A stretch of DNA of 64,000 bases, taken from positions 13,454,001-13,518,000 of the forward strand of contig NC_086101.1 of the NCBI RefSeq assembly GCF_963921235.1, in the 5' to 3' direction. The notes beneath the pieces were generated by a model, which was given only the letters and a program-made list of their open reading frames with translations, was not told where the DNA came from and ran no database searches. The position numbers were made by a program, and so were the translations under genes. The stretch is from Mobula hypostoma (lineage: Eukaryota). This document shows, in pieces, positions 50,249-62,355 of this stretch (positions within the stretch are counted from its first letter, which is position 1; each line of letters opens with the position of its first letter).

Positions 50249-50649
50249 TGTTACCAGGTTCGGATATGGCCCAAGTGCGGAGTGAGAGACACTGAAACAG
50301 GTCGATAGTTCACAGACTTTAATACGAACAGTGTCAAAGAGAAAAGAAAACAATAAACGCTCGGCCAAACAGGGCCGTTGAGTAAAACACTCAAATGGAA
50401 AATGAAGCCTACACTGCAGCTGAAAAGGACAACTAAGAATAAAACAAATACCGCTAGTCTTCAGAGCCAGTTGACTCGACAGTCCAATTTCTCAGGCAAG
50501 CAGGAATGCAGATAACGAAGCGTTGTTATATCCAAGTCTCAACAAATACTGCGATGGAATGAATGGAGTTAAATACTATCATGATGAAATAATAATTAGC
50601 TGATGTGTGTATTCACGAGCACAATTGCCGAATCTGATGTGCTGTGACA
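50249..50649. mobile_element. Possible solo LTR
   Basis: About 400 bp bounded by TGTT...GACA; no TSD found. Confidence 0.35.
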
Positions 50650-51837
50650 GGATGATGACTGCGTAGAATTACACTAGAATGTTCTGAGGAAAATGGAATT
50701 TTACCAACTGCCTAGAGTATCCTAAATTGATAGTCCACCTCCTGACTTTGGGCTTACTCAGTGTTGGGACCAATCTTCCTAATCCAGTCCATTAATATTT
50801 AGCCTATTAATGGATAAATTGGATTAGGAAGGTCACACTGAGATACCAGAGATGTTATCTAACCGGGTTGTTTCATTAAACAAAGCAGCAGAAATGCAAT
50901 GAACATAAGTGAAAATGAAAAACAGTGCATACAGGAAATTTGGAATTTTAGAAAAAACTGGAAACACTCAGCAGTCCAGACAGCATCTGGAGAGAAAGAA
51001 AATGTTAACACTTTGTGCCTGGCATCCCTCATCAGAAATGGGAAAGAGCAAACAAGTTAGTTTTAGGTAGAAAAGTAGGGGGCGGGTGGGGTGCGTAGAA
51101 CAAAGGGAATATCACTGATAGGGTGAGGTAAAAGATAACTTAATGCGACAAATAAATAGAAGTTAAGATGAAGGATTAATCATTGATAGAACAATAAAAT
51201 GCTGAAATACGGGAAGAAAAACGGGGAACACTAAAAACATTTTCAGCATTTTATATTCTTAGTTCAGATTTCAAAGTTTAAGTTCAAACTTCAAAGTAAA
51301 TTTATTATCAAAGTACATATACAATATACAACCCCAAGATTCATCTTCTTGCAGTCATTCGCAGTAGATAAAAGAAAGACAACAGGATTAGTGAAAATCT
51401 ACACGCAAATCAATGTGCAAAATGACAAACTGTGCAAATACATAAAAAGGAACAAATAGTTAAGTAACTAAATAAATAGGTTAGTGGTTTATCATCGAGA
51501 TCTGTTTTTCCTGCAGTAAATTTGGTCCTAGTGGAACTAAAAACAAAATTTACAGTAAGGGATTAGGATTCGTCGAGAAATGCGTCTAGTTCCCAAGCAT
51601 TACTCATTTTCCTCCCATTTTCTCTGATTGTCTAACAAAAATGTCGTTTGCTGTTTTACTGAGAATGTTGATTTGCAAGAAAATACAGAAACATGCACTT
51701 ATTTATTTCCGACGAGTGGAAGTACCTTTTTGATTTTACTTTATGTCGGGAAAGAGAAAGAACTGTCGAGCGGCGGAGGAGCGTCACGTGACGAAGACTG
51801 GACCCCTCCCCCCCACACATCCAGTCCCTGTCCTCAC

Positions 51838-51862
51838 CCAGGTCCGCGCAGACGGTATAAAA
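51838..51862 (+). promoter_or_regulatory. H4 promoter (GGTCCG element + TATAAAA)
   Basis: ccaGGTCCGc at 51838-51847 and TATAAAA at 51856-51862; palindrome cgtcacgtgacg at about 51782. Confidence 0.8.
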
Positions 51863-51909
51863 GTGCGTCGAGGCGCGTCTGTCGGTCATTTCTCAGCCGG
51901 CGGTGTTGA

Positions 51910-52224
<315 letters not shown>

Positions 52225-52257
52225 AAGATAAATCGAGCAACTGTTTAGGAAACCAAA

Positions 52258-52273
52258 GGTTCTTTTAAGAACC
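52258..52273 (+). promoter_or_regulatory. Histone 3' stem-loop (compensatory variant)
   Basis: GGTTCT-TTTA-AGAACC; the third pair is T-A rather than C-G. Confidence 0.92.
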
Positions 52274-53224
52274 GCCAAAGCATTCCAAAAGAATATTAAC
52301 TGCCGCTCTGAACAGCAAATATTTTCGTATGTCCTGTAAACATCACTCTTACAAAACATTACTGATCTCTATGTCCTTTCCTTTCATGTACTGTACTAGG
52401 TTAAGTTAGCTTCATTTTTGGGTGAACATGAGTATAGCGTTTTGGAAAGTGAATATCGGTTGTGTTCAGTGGTCGTTTGTGTTGCAGTGAGAAGTTATCC
52501 ACACAAATGACTGACAGCCAGCAACATATTGCCAACTCAGGATGGTGTAAGGAAACTGCCAAGGTAAAAGTTACGCTAGCTTTTTGGAAGGGATCTTGGA
52601 TATAAAAAGGGGCAATTAATTTGTGTAAGTGGGGAATCTTCTCTTAGGCTGCATCCTGACTAGTGCTAAGAGTGAGAGAGAGACTGGAAAAGCTGTTGGG
52701 CATCAGTGGGTAAGTGATTGGAATTATTTTGTCTTTTACTCCCTTCATAATCATTTTCTCTCAGCACTCTTTATTTAACCAATAAATTAATACCCTTAAC
52801 ATATGTACAGTGCCTCCTTTGTTTGCGGATACCTCTTGCTGCTGAATCAGAAAAGAACGAGAAACATTTTAAAAATATTTTCATTACAAATACCACACAA
52901 TTTGGAAAGGAAACTGTATTTGATGGTACCTCTATGTCACGTCATTCTTGGTTGAAGTCATAGATTTGGGAGGTGCGGTCAGAGCAGCTAAGTAAATAAT
53001 TGCTTTGCATTTTGCAAATTTTCCACTCTTGGACTACGTAAATGTTACTTACACTTTTCAGAGCACACTAGGAGTCCAAGTCTTGTTGCGAGCAGGCGAA
53101 GGACGTTGCTCTGCAGTTGCAAAGAGACTCGCGGTGGTGCAGTCATTACCGCGGTGACCTCACCGTTCCAAAGACCCACGCTCATTCGCGACCCTGCATG
53201 TGGACTGTGTGGAATTTGCACACT

Positions 53225-54590
53225 CCCCATTCATTACCTTGGCACTGGCTTATTATTGTCACATGTACCAAGATACAGTGAAAAGCTTATCTTACATACT
53301 GTTTACACAGATCAAATCATTACACAATACATTGAGCATTAAGGTAAAACAATATCAATGCAAACTAAAGTGTAAAATCTCATCTCGTTGCTGTACTTTT
53401 TTTGACTAAAGAGATGGTGCTGAGAGACCAGAGGAGATCATCCATTATGTGCACTCCCAGAAACCTGGTGCTCCGACCTCTCTGCACGGAGTGGCCAGCC
53501 TGCTCCTTCCTAAAGTCCACAATCATCTCTTTAAACTTGTCCACGTTGAGACTCAGGTGGTTGCGTTGGCACCATTCTTCCAGCCGCTGTTGATGAGGCC
53601 AACCTCTGTAATGTCATCAGAGAACATGATGATTTGGGTTTGGTCTGAATCTAGCAGTGCAGTTATGCGTCGGCAGTGTGAACAGCAGCGGGTGAGCACA
53701 GCCCTGGGGGAGCGCCGGAGCTCAGTGTGGTGGAGCGAGAGATGTTTCTGCCAACGTGGACTAACTGTGGCCTTTTTGTCAAGAAGTCCAAGGTTCGGTT
53801 TCAGAGAGAAGTGCTGAGACCCAACAAGGAGAGGTTACCCACCAGTTTCGGGGGGATGATTATATTAAACACCGAACTGAAGTTGACAAACAGCATCCTG
53901 GCATATGAGGCACCATTTTCCAGGTGGGACAGGATGCTATGGCAACGTCAGTGGACCATTTTGAGCGATCGGTGAACTGGAAAGGCCCCTATGTAGCAGT
54001 AAGATGGAATTTAATGTGATCCATACCAACCGCTCAAAAAGCACTTCATTATTGTTGAGGTCAGAGCCACTGGACAGTAGTCGATGAAGCGGGTTACTGT
54101 CACTGCCTTGGACACTGGGATGCTGGTGGCTGCCTTCAATACTGAGGGACAGGTGGGCTGTTCCAGAGAGATGTTGACGATGTCTGTCAGAACCTCTGTT
54201 AACTGGGCTGCACAGTTCCTCACCACCCGGTCAGAGCTGATATCAGGCCCCACAGCTTTACAATGGTTGATCTTGCCTAGGGTCTCCCTCATATCAGCTG
54301 CCGGACAGAGGGCCTGCACTTTGTGGGGGCGGGGGGGGGGCTTCCTCACGGACACATCACTCCTGCATCAAATTGTGTGCAAAAGACATTCAGCCTGTCA
54401 GAAAGAGAGACAGCATTGTCATTGATGGGAAGAGCGGACATGAAAGCCATAATGGTTTGAGTGCCCTGCCAAATGCTCCTCGTGTCTCTGGCATCACCGA
54501 AAATGCTGTATATTCTCTGTTAATATTCCCGTTTAGTCTTCCTGATGGCGCAGGAAAGCACAAAGAGCCATCTGATTTCCCGAACTGAAG
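53225..54590 (-). mobile_element. Old Rex1/Babar RT fragment
   Basis: KAVGPD, CAAQLTEVLTDIVNISL, DYCPVALTSTIMKCF. Confidence 0.75.
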
Positions 54591-55674
54591 GTGCCCTGAA
54601 TCCTTATGTTGTGTTGGTCATTAACGCAAACAACACATTTCATTCTATGTTTCAATATACACGTGATAAATAAATGAATCTGAAATTTAAAAAGGTCAAT
54701 GATTTCTTGTTACACAAGTCGCTGAAGCCAATATTGGCCCATGTTAATTATCAGAGGATTTATCTGAAGGAGCACGTCACAATGAAGAGATATCCAGATT
54801 ATTGTAGATAGTTTAGCTTGCATCACTTTTAAAAAGAGGCGTACTTCACCAAAAGAGAAGGTGTGCAACAGTTGCGCCATTGGTTGACGTGAAAGACTGA
54901 ATAGAAACCGTAGAAACTACAGCACAGAAACAGGCCTTTTGGCCCTTCTTGAAGCGAGAAACAATCCGCTGGGAGAAATCATCTGGTAGAAGAGAATCTC
55001 CAGGGGGGCGTGGGGGTGGTGTTTGGGGAAGGAATTATCCACGTTTCCATAAAAGGATTCAAAGGTTCATTTATTCTCAAAGTATGCAGTAAACATCTCT
55101 GAGTCTGTTCTTCTCCAGATGGCCATGAAGCAAAGAAAAACCATGCAGGTCATTCAAAGAAATACTTCATCTCTACCCGCCCCGCCCCCCTACTCCTCGC
55201 ACAAAAAAAAATAACAAATTGCGGCAAATAGCAACCAGAAGGAATGGTCGAAAACACAGACCATTAAAAAAAATGTCAAACTGAGTGTCCAGTCCAATTC
55301 ACAAATCGCAGAACTTCCGTAACATCTAGTTTAAAACCTTGAATCACGGCTTAATATGTGCGTTTCAATGCAATCCTAAACATAAACGTCACCAATCCTC
55401 TTCCCAGAAAGGTTTCTCAGTTCCTCCAGTGGACTGTTTGCTGCCCCGGGATGGTTAGTTTGCTTCACTGGAGGAGAGGATGAGAAAAACAAGTCTCTAT
55501 TCTCTATAGCTTAGAATAGGAAAAAAAAATACGAAAATGGGGGTGTTCTCGGATGCTTCCCATGAGAAGTCTGGATGTAAATATCAGAGACTCAGAATAA
55601 TAAATTGCTATTGCTAATTTATAACCTAAAGTGACTTTACAGGGAGGGTGGTATTTTTTATGTCCACTCAGGAG

Positions 55675-56250
55675 AACTCCCCACTAACATCTTAACTACA
55701 TTCTACAGAGGCGTGGTTGACAATGTGCTGACCTTTTGCATCACAACCTGGTACTCCAGCTGCAGTGCTGTCGACAAAAAAGCCTTGCAGAGGGTGGTTA
55801 GGGGAGCAGAGAAGGTTATTGGGGTCTCCCTACCTTCTGTCCAAGACCTCTTTCAGAGTCGATGCCTCCAGAAGACACGGTACATCATTAAAGACCCCTC
55901 ACACCCTCTCCATGAACTGTTTGTTCTTCTGCCATCAGGCAAACGTTACAGGAGCATCAAAACTAAAACCACAAGGCTACTAAACAGCTTCCTCCCACAG
56001 GCGGTCAGACTGCTAAATAGCTGCTCCACCTGACTCTGCTTTGGACACTTTTAACTTGCACTGGACACTTATAACTGATTTTAACTGACTTGTGGCTGTT
56101 GTGTTTTACTATTTATTGTTATGTTTATTATTTAGTGTTGCGTTTGTTATGTTATGATTGCACTGCCCCTGAGAAACGCTGTCTCATTCTGCCCTGCAGA
56201 GCTGATGTACGGTTAGAATGACAATAAAGTTTTTTGAATCTTTGAATCTA
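55675..56250 (+). mobile_element. Rex1/Babar 3' fragment (same family as 11338)
   Basis: Near-identical to the reverse complement of 11340-11905; (TTGAATC) tail. Confidence 0.88.
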
Positions 56251-56786
56251 TAGTCCTCGAATAATTAATTCTGAAAGTGATAGATATACATCAAATAATC
56301 AGGAACTGACAGATACGGCTGAAAGCTGGATTCCTGATCTTAATGATTCTTGAGTACGATTCATAGGACATGAATGCCACAAAAAGCAGAATCCATCACC
56401 ACCATGCAGCCCATGCCCTCTACTCGCTCCGACCATTGGGCAGCAGGTACACGGAGCTTAGGTCCCACACCAACAGCTTCAAGAAGCTGGACCAGGAAGG
56501 ATATCTTTACTCACTTCCACTCTGAACTGATTTCACAACCTATGGACTCACTAACTCATGTTCTCAGTATTATTTGTTTTTCTTTTGTATTTTGTTTGTC
56601 ACTGCAGTTTTCACTTACTGTATTTCTTGGTTGTACTGATAATGGTTGTAAGAAAATGTATCTCGGGTCAGTATGTGGTGTCGTATGCATATTTGCTAAT
56701 AAATTTACTTTATATGTGATTAACTGTGGACTTAGTACTGTTCCTGGATGTTACTGCGCAGCCCTCCCCTCTGAAGATGTGTGCGC

Positions 56787-56802
56787 GGCTCTGAAAAGAG
56801 CC
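56787..56802 (-). promoter_or_regulatory. Histone 3' stem-loop
   Basis: Minus strand AAA-GGCTCTTTTCAGAGCC. Confidence 0.93.
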
Positions 56803-56824
56803 TTTGTTTTCAGATGCTTGACCT

Positions 56825-57421
56825 CTATTTCCGTTTGACAGCCCGGTGGCCACGCCCGGCAGTCCGGGAAGCAGCGGGACGCTTGGGCGCTTTTTTGGCC
56901 TTGGTCGTCGTGCGCTTGGTGGGACTCTTGGCACGATTCCGGGCAGCGGGCTTGGCTGCCGCCGATCTCTTCGGAGCCGTTTTTCTGGTCGCTGCTTTCT
57001 TCTTCGTCCCTCCTTTCCTCCGGTCCTCGGACTCTCCCTGCTCGCCCTGCGCTTCCCGATCCGGGTGGGGAGCGGAAGCGGAGCTGCCGGCGACAGTGCC
57101 TTCCACAGTGGAACCCTTGTTAGGCAAGGTGTCGGCCGGCAGGTTGGAGCGGGCGACGGCCTTGTCCGCCTCGTAGCCAGCGGCCGAGATGGGTTTCTTC
57201 ACACCGCCCAGCTTAGGAGCCTGTCGCTCTTTGGTGGCGGCCACCACCTCCGCGATCTGCTCAACCACCATGGCCGCCGTCGCCTTTTGTGACCGATGGA
57301 CCGCCTTCTTCTTAGCCGCAGTACCGACCGCGGCCGAAGGGGCGGCGAAGTCGGAACCGGCAGGAAGATCGGGAGGAAGAGCGGCGGGAGTATCAGCCTT
57401 GGCGGGAACGACCTCAGCCAT
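56825..57421 (-). CDS. H1-derived protein with degenerate globular domain, 198 aa
   Basis: MAE start; VVEQIAEVVAATKERQAPKLGGVKKPISAAGYEADKAVARSNLPADTLPNKGSTVEGTVAGSSASA is colinear with the H1 winged helix; K/A/P/R tail; stem-loop; CCAAT and GC boxes at 57529-57588. Confidence 0.88.
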   Translation of the reverse strand: MAEVVPAKADTPAALPPDLPAGSDFAAPSAAVGTAAKKKAVHRSQKATAAMVVEQIAEVVAATKERQAPKLGGVKKPISAAGYEADKAVARSNLPADTLPNKGSTVEGTVAGSSASAPHPDREAQGEQGESEDRRKGGTKKKAATRKTAPKRSAAAKPAARNRAKSPTKRTTTKAKKAPKRPAASRTAGRGHRAVKRK

Positions 57422-57839
57422 GAGAACCTTCCTGATCCGCGACGCCCCGCCTGGGTGGGGCGAGCAGCGGGACCCTCGCACATAATAGGGAAAGGTGGAC
57501 GTCGTAGAGCAAACCTGCTCGGAGCCTATCCAATCCCCTGCTACGGCGCTCCACTAGGTCCCGCCCTTCCCTGTAACTCTGACCAATCCACTGCTCGTAC
57601 CTGTGAGCCAGTGCCGGAGGGAGGTCGCCGATCCTGCTGGTCATTGTTAACGTGGAATGCCGCAGGTCTGGCGGGCGGAGAGGAAACCCGGTTGTAGAAG
57701 CCTCAACCCTGCTTACAGCTACCCAGCAAACACGCGTCGTCGCTCGGCAGGAGATTGACTGCAGATTGCTGCAACATTCATGGATTCGTGGTCTTGGACT
57801 ATTTTTGTGTTCTCTGTATTTTACTGATGAACTCCGGTT

Positions 57840-58485
57840 TGTGTGAATACTGTGTGCTTTACTGCCCCAGGCAATCGCCTGTCGGCAAGAAATAACATCA
57901 TACACTGCATACAATTATAAAGGAAGTATATTTAACAAAGAGTTGTTAAATAAAAGAAAGAGAAAGGCAACAGGGCCCATCATAATTAAACAGTCAAATG
58001 TGCAGATAAGTTGAAACTCATCTCGAAGTTGTCTTTAACTCACGCGCTGGACCCACTGTCTGCGCGAAAGCACACACCACTTTCCGAATACAGTAGCGCT
58101 CGAAATCCATCTCGAACAGACGGGCTCCCCCACAAGAATATTAACCCTTCCTCCTTGAAGCCATTCATCTGCGCAAAGCACCTTGTGCAACAGGGACGGC
58201 ATCCTCAGCCATATTCCCTCCTGTCTTCCCCCAGCTCCCTCCTAAAATACCTCGACCCTCACTGGTATCCGTAACAAAATCCTCTCTGCCCGCTTTCTCT
58301 AGAACCTTCTCCCAATTTCACCATCCAGCTTGGCTGACACAACATTCATTCCTAAATTGGACAACGTGGCCCTTATCTTTAGCTCAAACCGCAAACATGC
58401 TAAAAGCAATACAGACTGCTCTTACAGAACTACTAAAATGAAATACCTACAGCTTCGCGGTAAGAATATTGACCAGGGCGTTACA
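57840..58485 (-). mobile_element. Solo LTR-like element
   Basis: Minus strand begins TGTAAC; same family as 41790-42230. Confidence 0.55.
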
Positions 58486-58861
58486 CTGATATCCTATATC
58501 TGATCGCCTTTGAAAATCTGCCGGGTGTGACTGTCAGAAACAGAAACATAGAAAACCTACAGCATAGTACAGGCCCTTTAGCCCACAATGCTGTGCCGAA
58601 AATGTACTTACTTTAGAAATTACCGAGGGCACATCCCACGTCCTGGATACTGTTCAGAGGCCTGTATATAACTCTCATCAGGGTCTTTTTACCCTTGAAG
58701 TTTCTTATCCACAAGGATTCTACATCTTCCAATCCTATGTCACCTCTTTCTAAGAATTTGATTTCTTTTTTTTAAAACCCAACAGAGCCGCCCAATCCCC
58801 TCTGCCTACCTACCCATCCTTTCGATACAATGTGTATATACCCTGAGATGTTAAGCTCCCA

Positions 58862-59390
58862 ATTGCCACCCACTTCAACTCTGCTTCCCATTCCCATTTG
58901 GATATGTCCATGCATGGCCTCCTCTACTGCCATGATGAGGCTAAACTCAGGTTGGAGGAGCAACACCTCATATACCGTCTAGGTAGTCTCCAGCCCCTTG
59001 GTATGAACATAGAATTCTCCAACTTCTGGTAATTCCCTCCCCCTCCCTTCCCCTATCCCTATGTCACTCTGCCCCCTCCCCAGCTGCCTATTACCTCCCT
59101 CATGGTTCCGTCTCCTTCTACTACCCATTGTGTTTTCCCCTATTCCTTCTTCACCTTTCCGGCCTATCACCTCCCTGCTTCCCCTCCCTCACCCCTTTGT
59201 CTTTCCCCTGACTGGTTTTTCACCTGGAACCTACCAGCCTTCTCCTTCCCACCCTCCCCCCACCTTCTTTATAGGACCTCTGCCCCTTCCCTCTTCAGTC
59301 CTGACGAAGGGTTCTGGCCCAAAACGTTGACTGATCTTTTCCACGGATGTTGCCCGACCTGCTGAGTTCCTCCAGCGTGTTGTGAGTGTT
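58862..59390 (+). mobile_element. Penelope 3' end (GIY-YIG tail + terminal repeat, degenerate hammerhead 59296-59333)
   Basis: Homologous to the reverse complement of 61258-61820. Confidence 0.8.
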
Positions 59391-60103
59391 GTTAAACTTA
59401 TTCGTACTATGTTTTCCACCTTGGCCCTAGGGTAACGCTGTTTCATTTGACTGTATTAATGTATGGTTGAACGACAATTAAACTTGAACTTAAACATAAA
59501 TTATATTAACAGCAGCATTACAGATATGCATCCAGGATTAGTGTTGTGCTTGGAGAATCCCAGCCTCCGCAAGGATTACATCTGCACCAGGTGCATTGAG
59601 ATGAGGTTTGGTAAGGACCGTGTTAGGGATCTGGAGCAGGAACTTGATGACCTTCAGCTGATTAGGGAAAGTGAGGAAGTGATAGGTACTACCTATAGAG
59701 AGGTAGTGGACAGCACCCCTGTGACAGTCCCCCTCAGAAATCGATAGTTCATCCATACATTAATACAGTCAAATCAAACAGCGTTACTCCAGGGCCAAGG
59801 TGGAAAACATAGTACCAATAAGTTTAACAACACTTACAACACGCTGGAGGAACTTAGCAGGTCAGGCAGCATCCATGGAAATAATCAGTCAACATTTCAG
59901 GCCAGAACCCTTCGTCAGGACTGTAGAGGGAAGGGGCAGAGGCCCTATAAAGAAGGTGGGGGAGGGTGGGAAGGAGAAGGCTGGTAGGTTCCAGGTGAAA
60001 AACCAGTAAGGGGAAAGATAAAGGGGTGAGGGAGGGGATAGGCAGGGAAGGTGAAGAAGGAATAGGGAAAAACACAATGGGTAGGAGAAGGAGGCGGAAC
60101 CAT
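59103..60103. repeat. Long inverted repeat (arms about 59103-59472 and 59747-60103)
   Basis: Arms are imperfect reverse complements and include both the Penelope end and its flanking sequence. Confidence 0.85.
59520..59746 (+). mobile_element. CR1 ORF1 N-terminal fragment
   Basis: DYICTRC...RVRDLEQELDDLQLIRESE (zinc finger/leucine zipper); continues at 62356. Confidence 0.7.
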
Positions 60104-60109
60104 TAGTTT

Positions 60110-61257
60110 TTGATAGCTTTGACTTCTCCAGTGCGTTCAACACCATCCGCCCTGCTCTGCTGGGGGAGAAGCTGACAGCGATGCAGGTGGATGCTTCCCT
60201 GGTATCATGGATTCTTGATTACCTGACTGGCAGACCACAATACCTGTGCTTACAACACTGTGTGTCCGACAGAGTGATCAGCAGCACTGGGGCTCCACAG
60301 GGGACTGTCTTGTCTCCCTTTCTCTTCACCATTTACACCTCGGACTTCAACTACTGCACAGAGTCTTGTCATCCTCAGAAGTTTTCTGTGACTCTGCCAT
60401 AGTTGGATGCGTCAGCAAGGGAGATGAGGCTGAGTACAGGGCTACGGTAGGAAACTTTGTCACATGGTGTGAGCAGAATTATCTGCAGCTTAATGTGAAA
60501 AAGACTAAGGAGCTGGTGGTAGACCTGAGGAGAGCTAAGGTACCGGTGACCCCTGTTTCCATCCAGGGGGTCAGTGTGGACATGGTGGAGGATTACAAAT
60601 ACCTGGGGGATACGAATTGACAATAAACTGGACTGGTCAAAGAACACTGAGGCTGTCTACAAGAAGGGTCAGAGTCGTCTCTATTTCCTGAGGAGACTGA
60701 GGTCCTTTAACATCTGCCGGATGATGCTGAGGATGTTCCTCGAGTCTGTTGTGGCCAGTGCAATCATGTTTGCTGTTGTGTGCTGGGACAGCAGGCTGAG
60801 GGTAGCAGACACCAACAGAATCAACAAACTCATTCGTAAGGCCAGTGATGTTGTGGGGATGGAACTGGACTCTCTGACGGTGGTGTCTGAAAAGAGGATG
60901 CTGTCTAAGTTGCATGCCATCTTGGTCAATGTCTCCCATCCACTACATAATGTACTGGGTGGGCACAGGAGTACATTCAGCCAGAGACTCATTCCACCGA
61001 GATGCAGCACAGAGCATCATAGGAAGTCATTCCTGCCTGTGGCCATCAAACTTTACAACTCCTCCCTTGGAGGGTCAGACACCCTGAGCCAATAGGCTGG
61101 TCCTGGACTTATTTCATAATTTACTGGCATAATTTACATATTACTGTTTAACTATTTATGGTTCTATTACTATTTATTATTTATTGTGCAACTGTAACGA
61201 AAACCAATTTCCCCCGGGATCAATAAAGTATACTGTGACTATGACTATGACTATGAT
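60110..61257 (+). mobile_element. Rex1/Babar 3' fragment
   Basis: DFSSAFNTI, TGAPQGTVLSPFLF; frameshifts; (CTATGA)n tail. Confidence 0.88.
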
Positions 61258-62355
61258 AGCAACACACATAAAAGTTGCTGGTGAACACAGCAGGTCAGGC
61301 AGCATCTCTAGGAAGAGGTACAGTCGACGTTTCAGGCCGAGACCCTTCGTCAGGACTAACTGAAAGAAGAGCTAGTAAGAGATTTGAGAGGGGGAGGGGG
61401 AGATCCAAAATGATTGGAGAAGACAGGGGGGGAGCGATGGAGCCAAGAGCTGGACAGTTGATAGGCAAAAGGGATTTGAGAGGATCATGGGACAGAAGGC
61501 CTAGGGAGAAGGAAAGGGCGGGGGGGAACCCAGAGGATGGGCAAGGGGTATAGTGAGAGGTACAGAGGGAGAAAAAGGAGAGAGAGAAAAAGAACGTGTG
61601 TATATAAATAAATAACGGATGGGGTACAAGGGGGAGGTGGGGCATTAGCGGAAGTTAGAGAAGTCGATGTTCATGCCATCAGGTTGGAGGCTACCCAGAC
61701 GGAATATAAGGTGTTGTTCCTCCAACCTGAGTGTGGCTTCATCTTTACAGTAGAGGAGGCTGTGGATAGACATATCAGAATGGGAATGGGATGTGGAATT
61801 AAAATGTGTGGCCACTGGGAGATCCTGCTTTCTCTGGCAGACAGAGCATAGGTGTTCAGCAAAACGATCTCCCAGTCTGCGTCGGGTCTCGCCAATATAT
61901 AGAAGGCCACATCGGGAGCACCGGACGCAGTATATCACCCCAGCCGACTCACAGGTAAAGTGTCGCCTCACCTGGAAGGACTGTCTGGGGCCCTGAATGG
62001 TGGTAAGGGAGGAAGTGTAAGGGCATGTGTAGCACTTGTTCCGCTTACAAGGATAAGTGCCAGGAGGGAGATCAGTGGGGAGGGATGGGGGGGACGAATG
62101 GACAAGGGAGCCGCGTAGGGAGCGATCCCTGCGGCATCCCTCCCCTCCTGTCTTCTATCATTTCAGATCTCCCCCTCCTCCCCCACTCTCAAATCTCTTA
62201 CTATCCCTTCTTTCAGTTAGTCCTGATGAAGGGTCTCGGCTTGAAACATCGACTGTACCTCTTCCAATAGATGTTGCCTGGCCTGCTGCATTCACCAGCA
62301 ACTTTTATGTGTGTTGCTAGAAATTCCAGCATCTGCAGATTTCCTCGTGTTTGTG
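61258..62355 (-). mobile_element. Penelope-like element 3' part: GIY-YIG endonuclease plus inverted terminal repeats
   Basis: ORF 61645-61971 VIYCVRCSRCGLLYIGET...EH...HF...EQHLIFRLGSLQPDGMN; terminal repeat at 61258-61420 (-) and an inverted copy at about 62135-62355 (+). Confidence 0.92.
61321..61358 (-). ncRNA. Minimal type I hammerhead ribozyme in Penelope terminal repeat
   Basis: TAGTC-CTGACGA-AGGgtctcggCCT-GAAA-CGTC-GACTG; a second, mutated copy at 62218-62255 (+). Confidence 0.8.
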
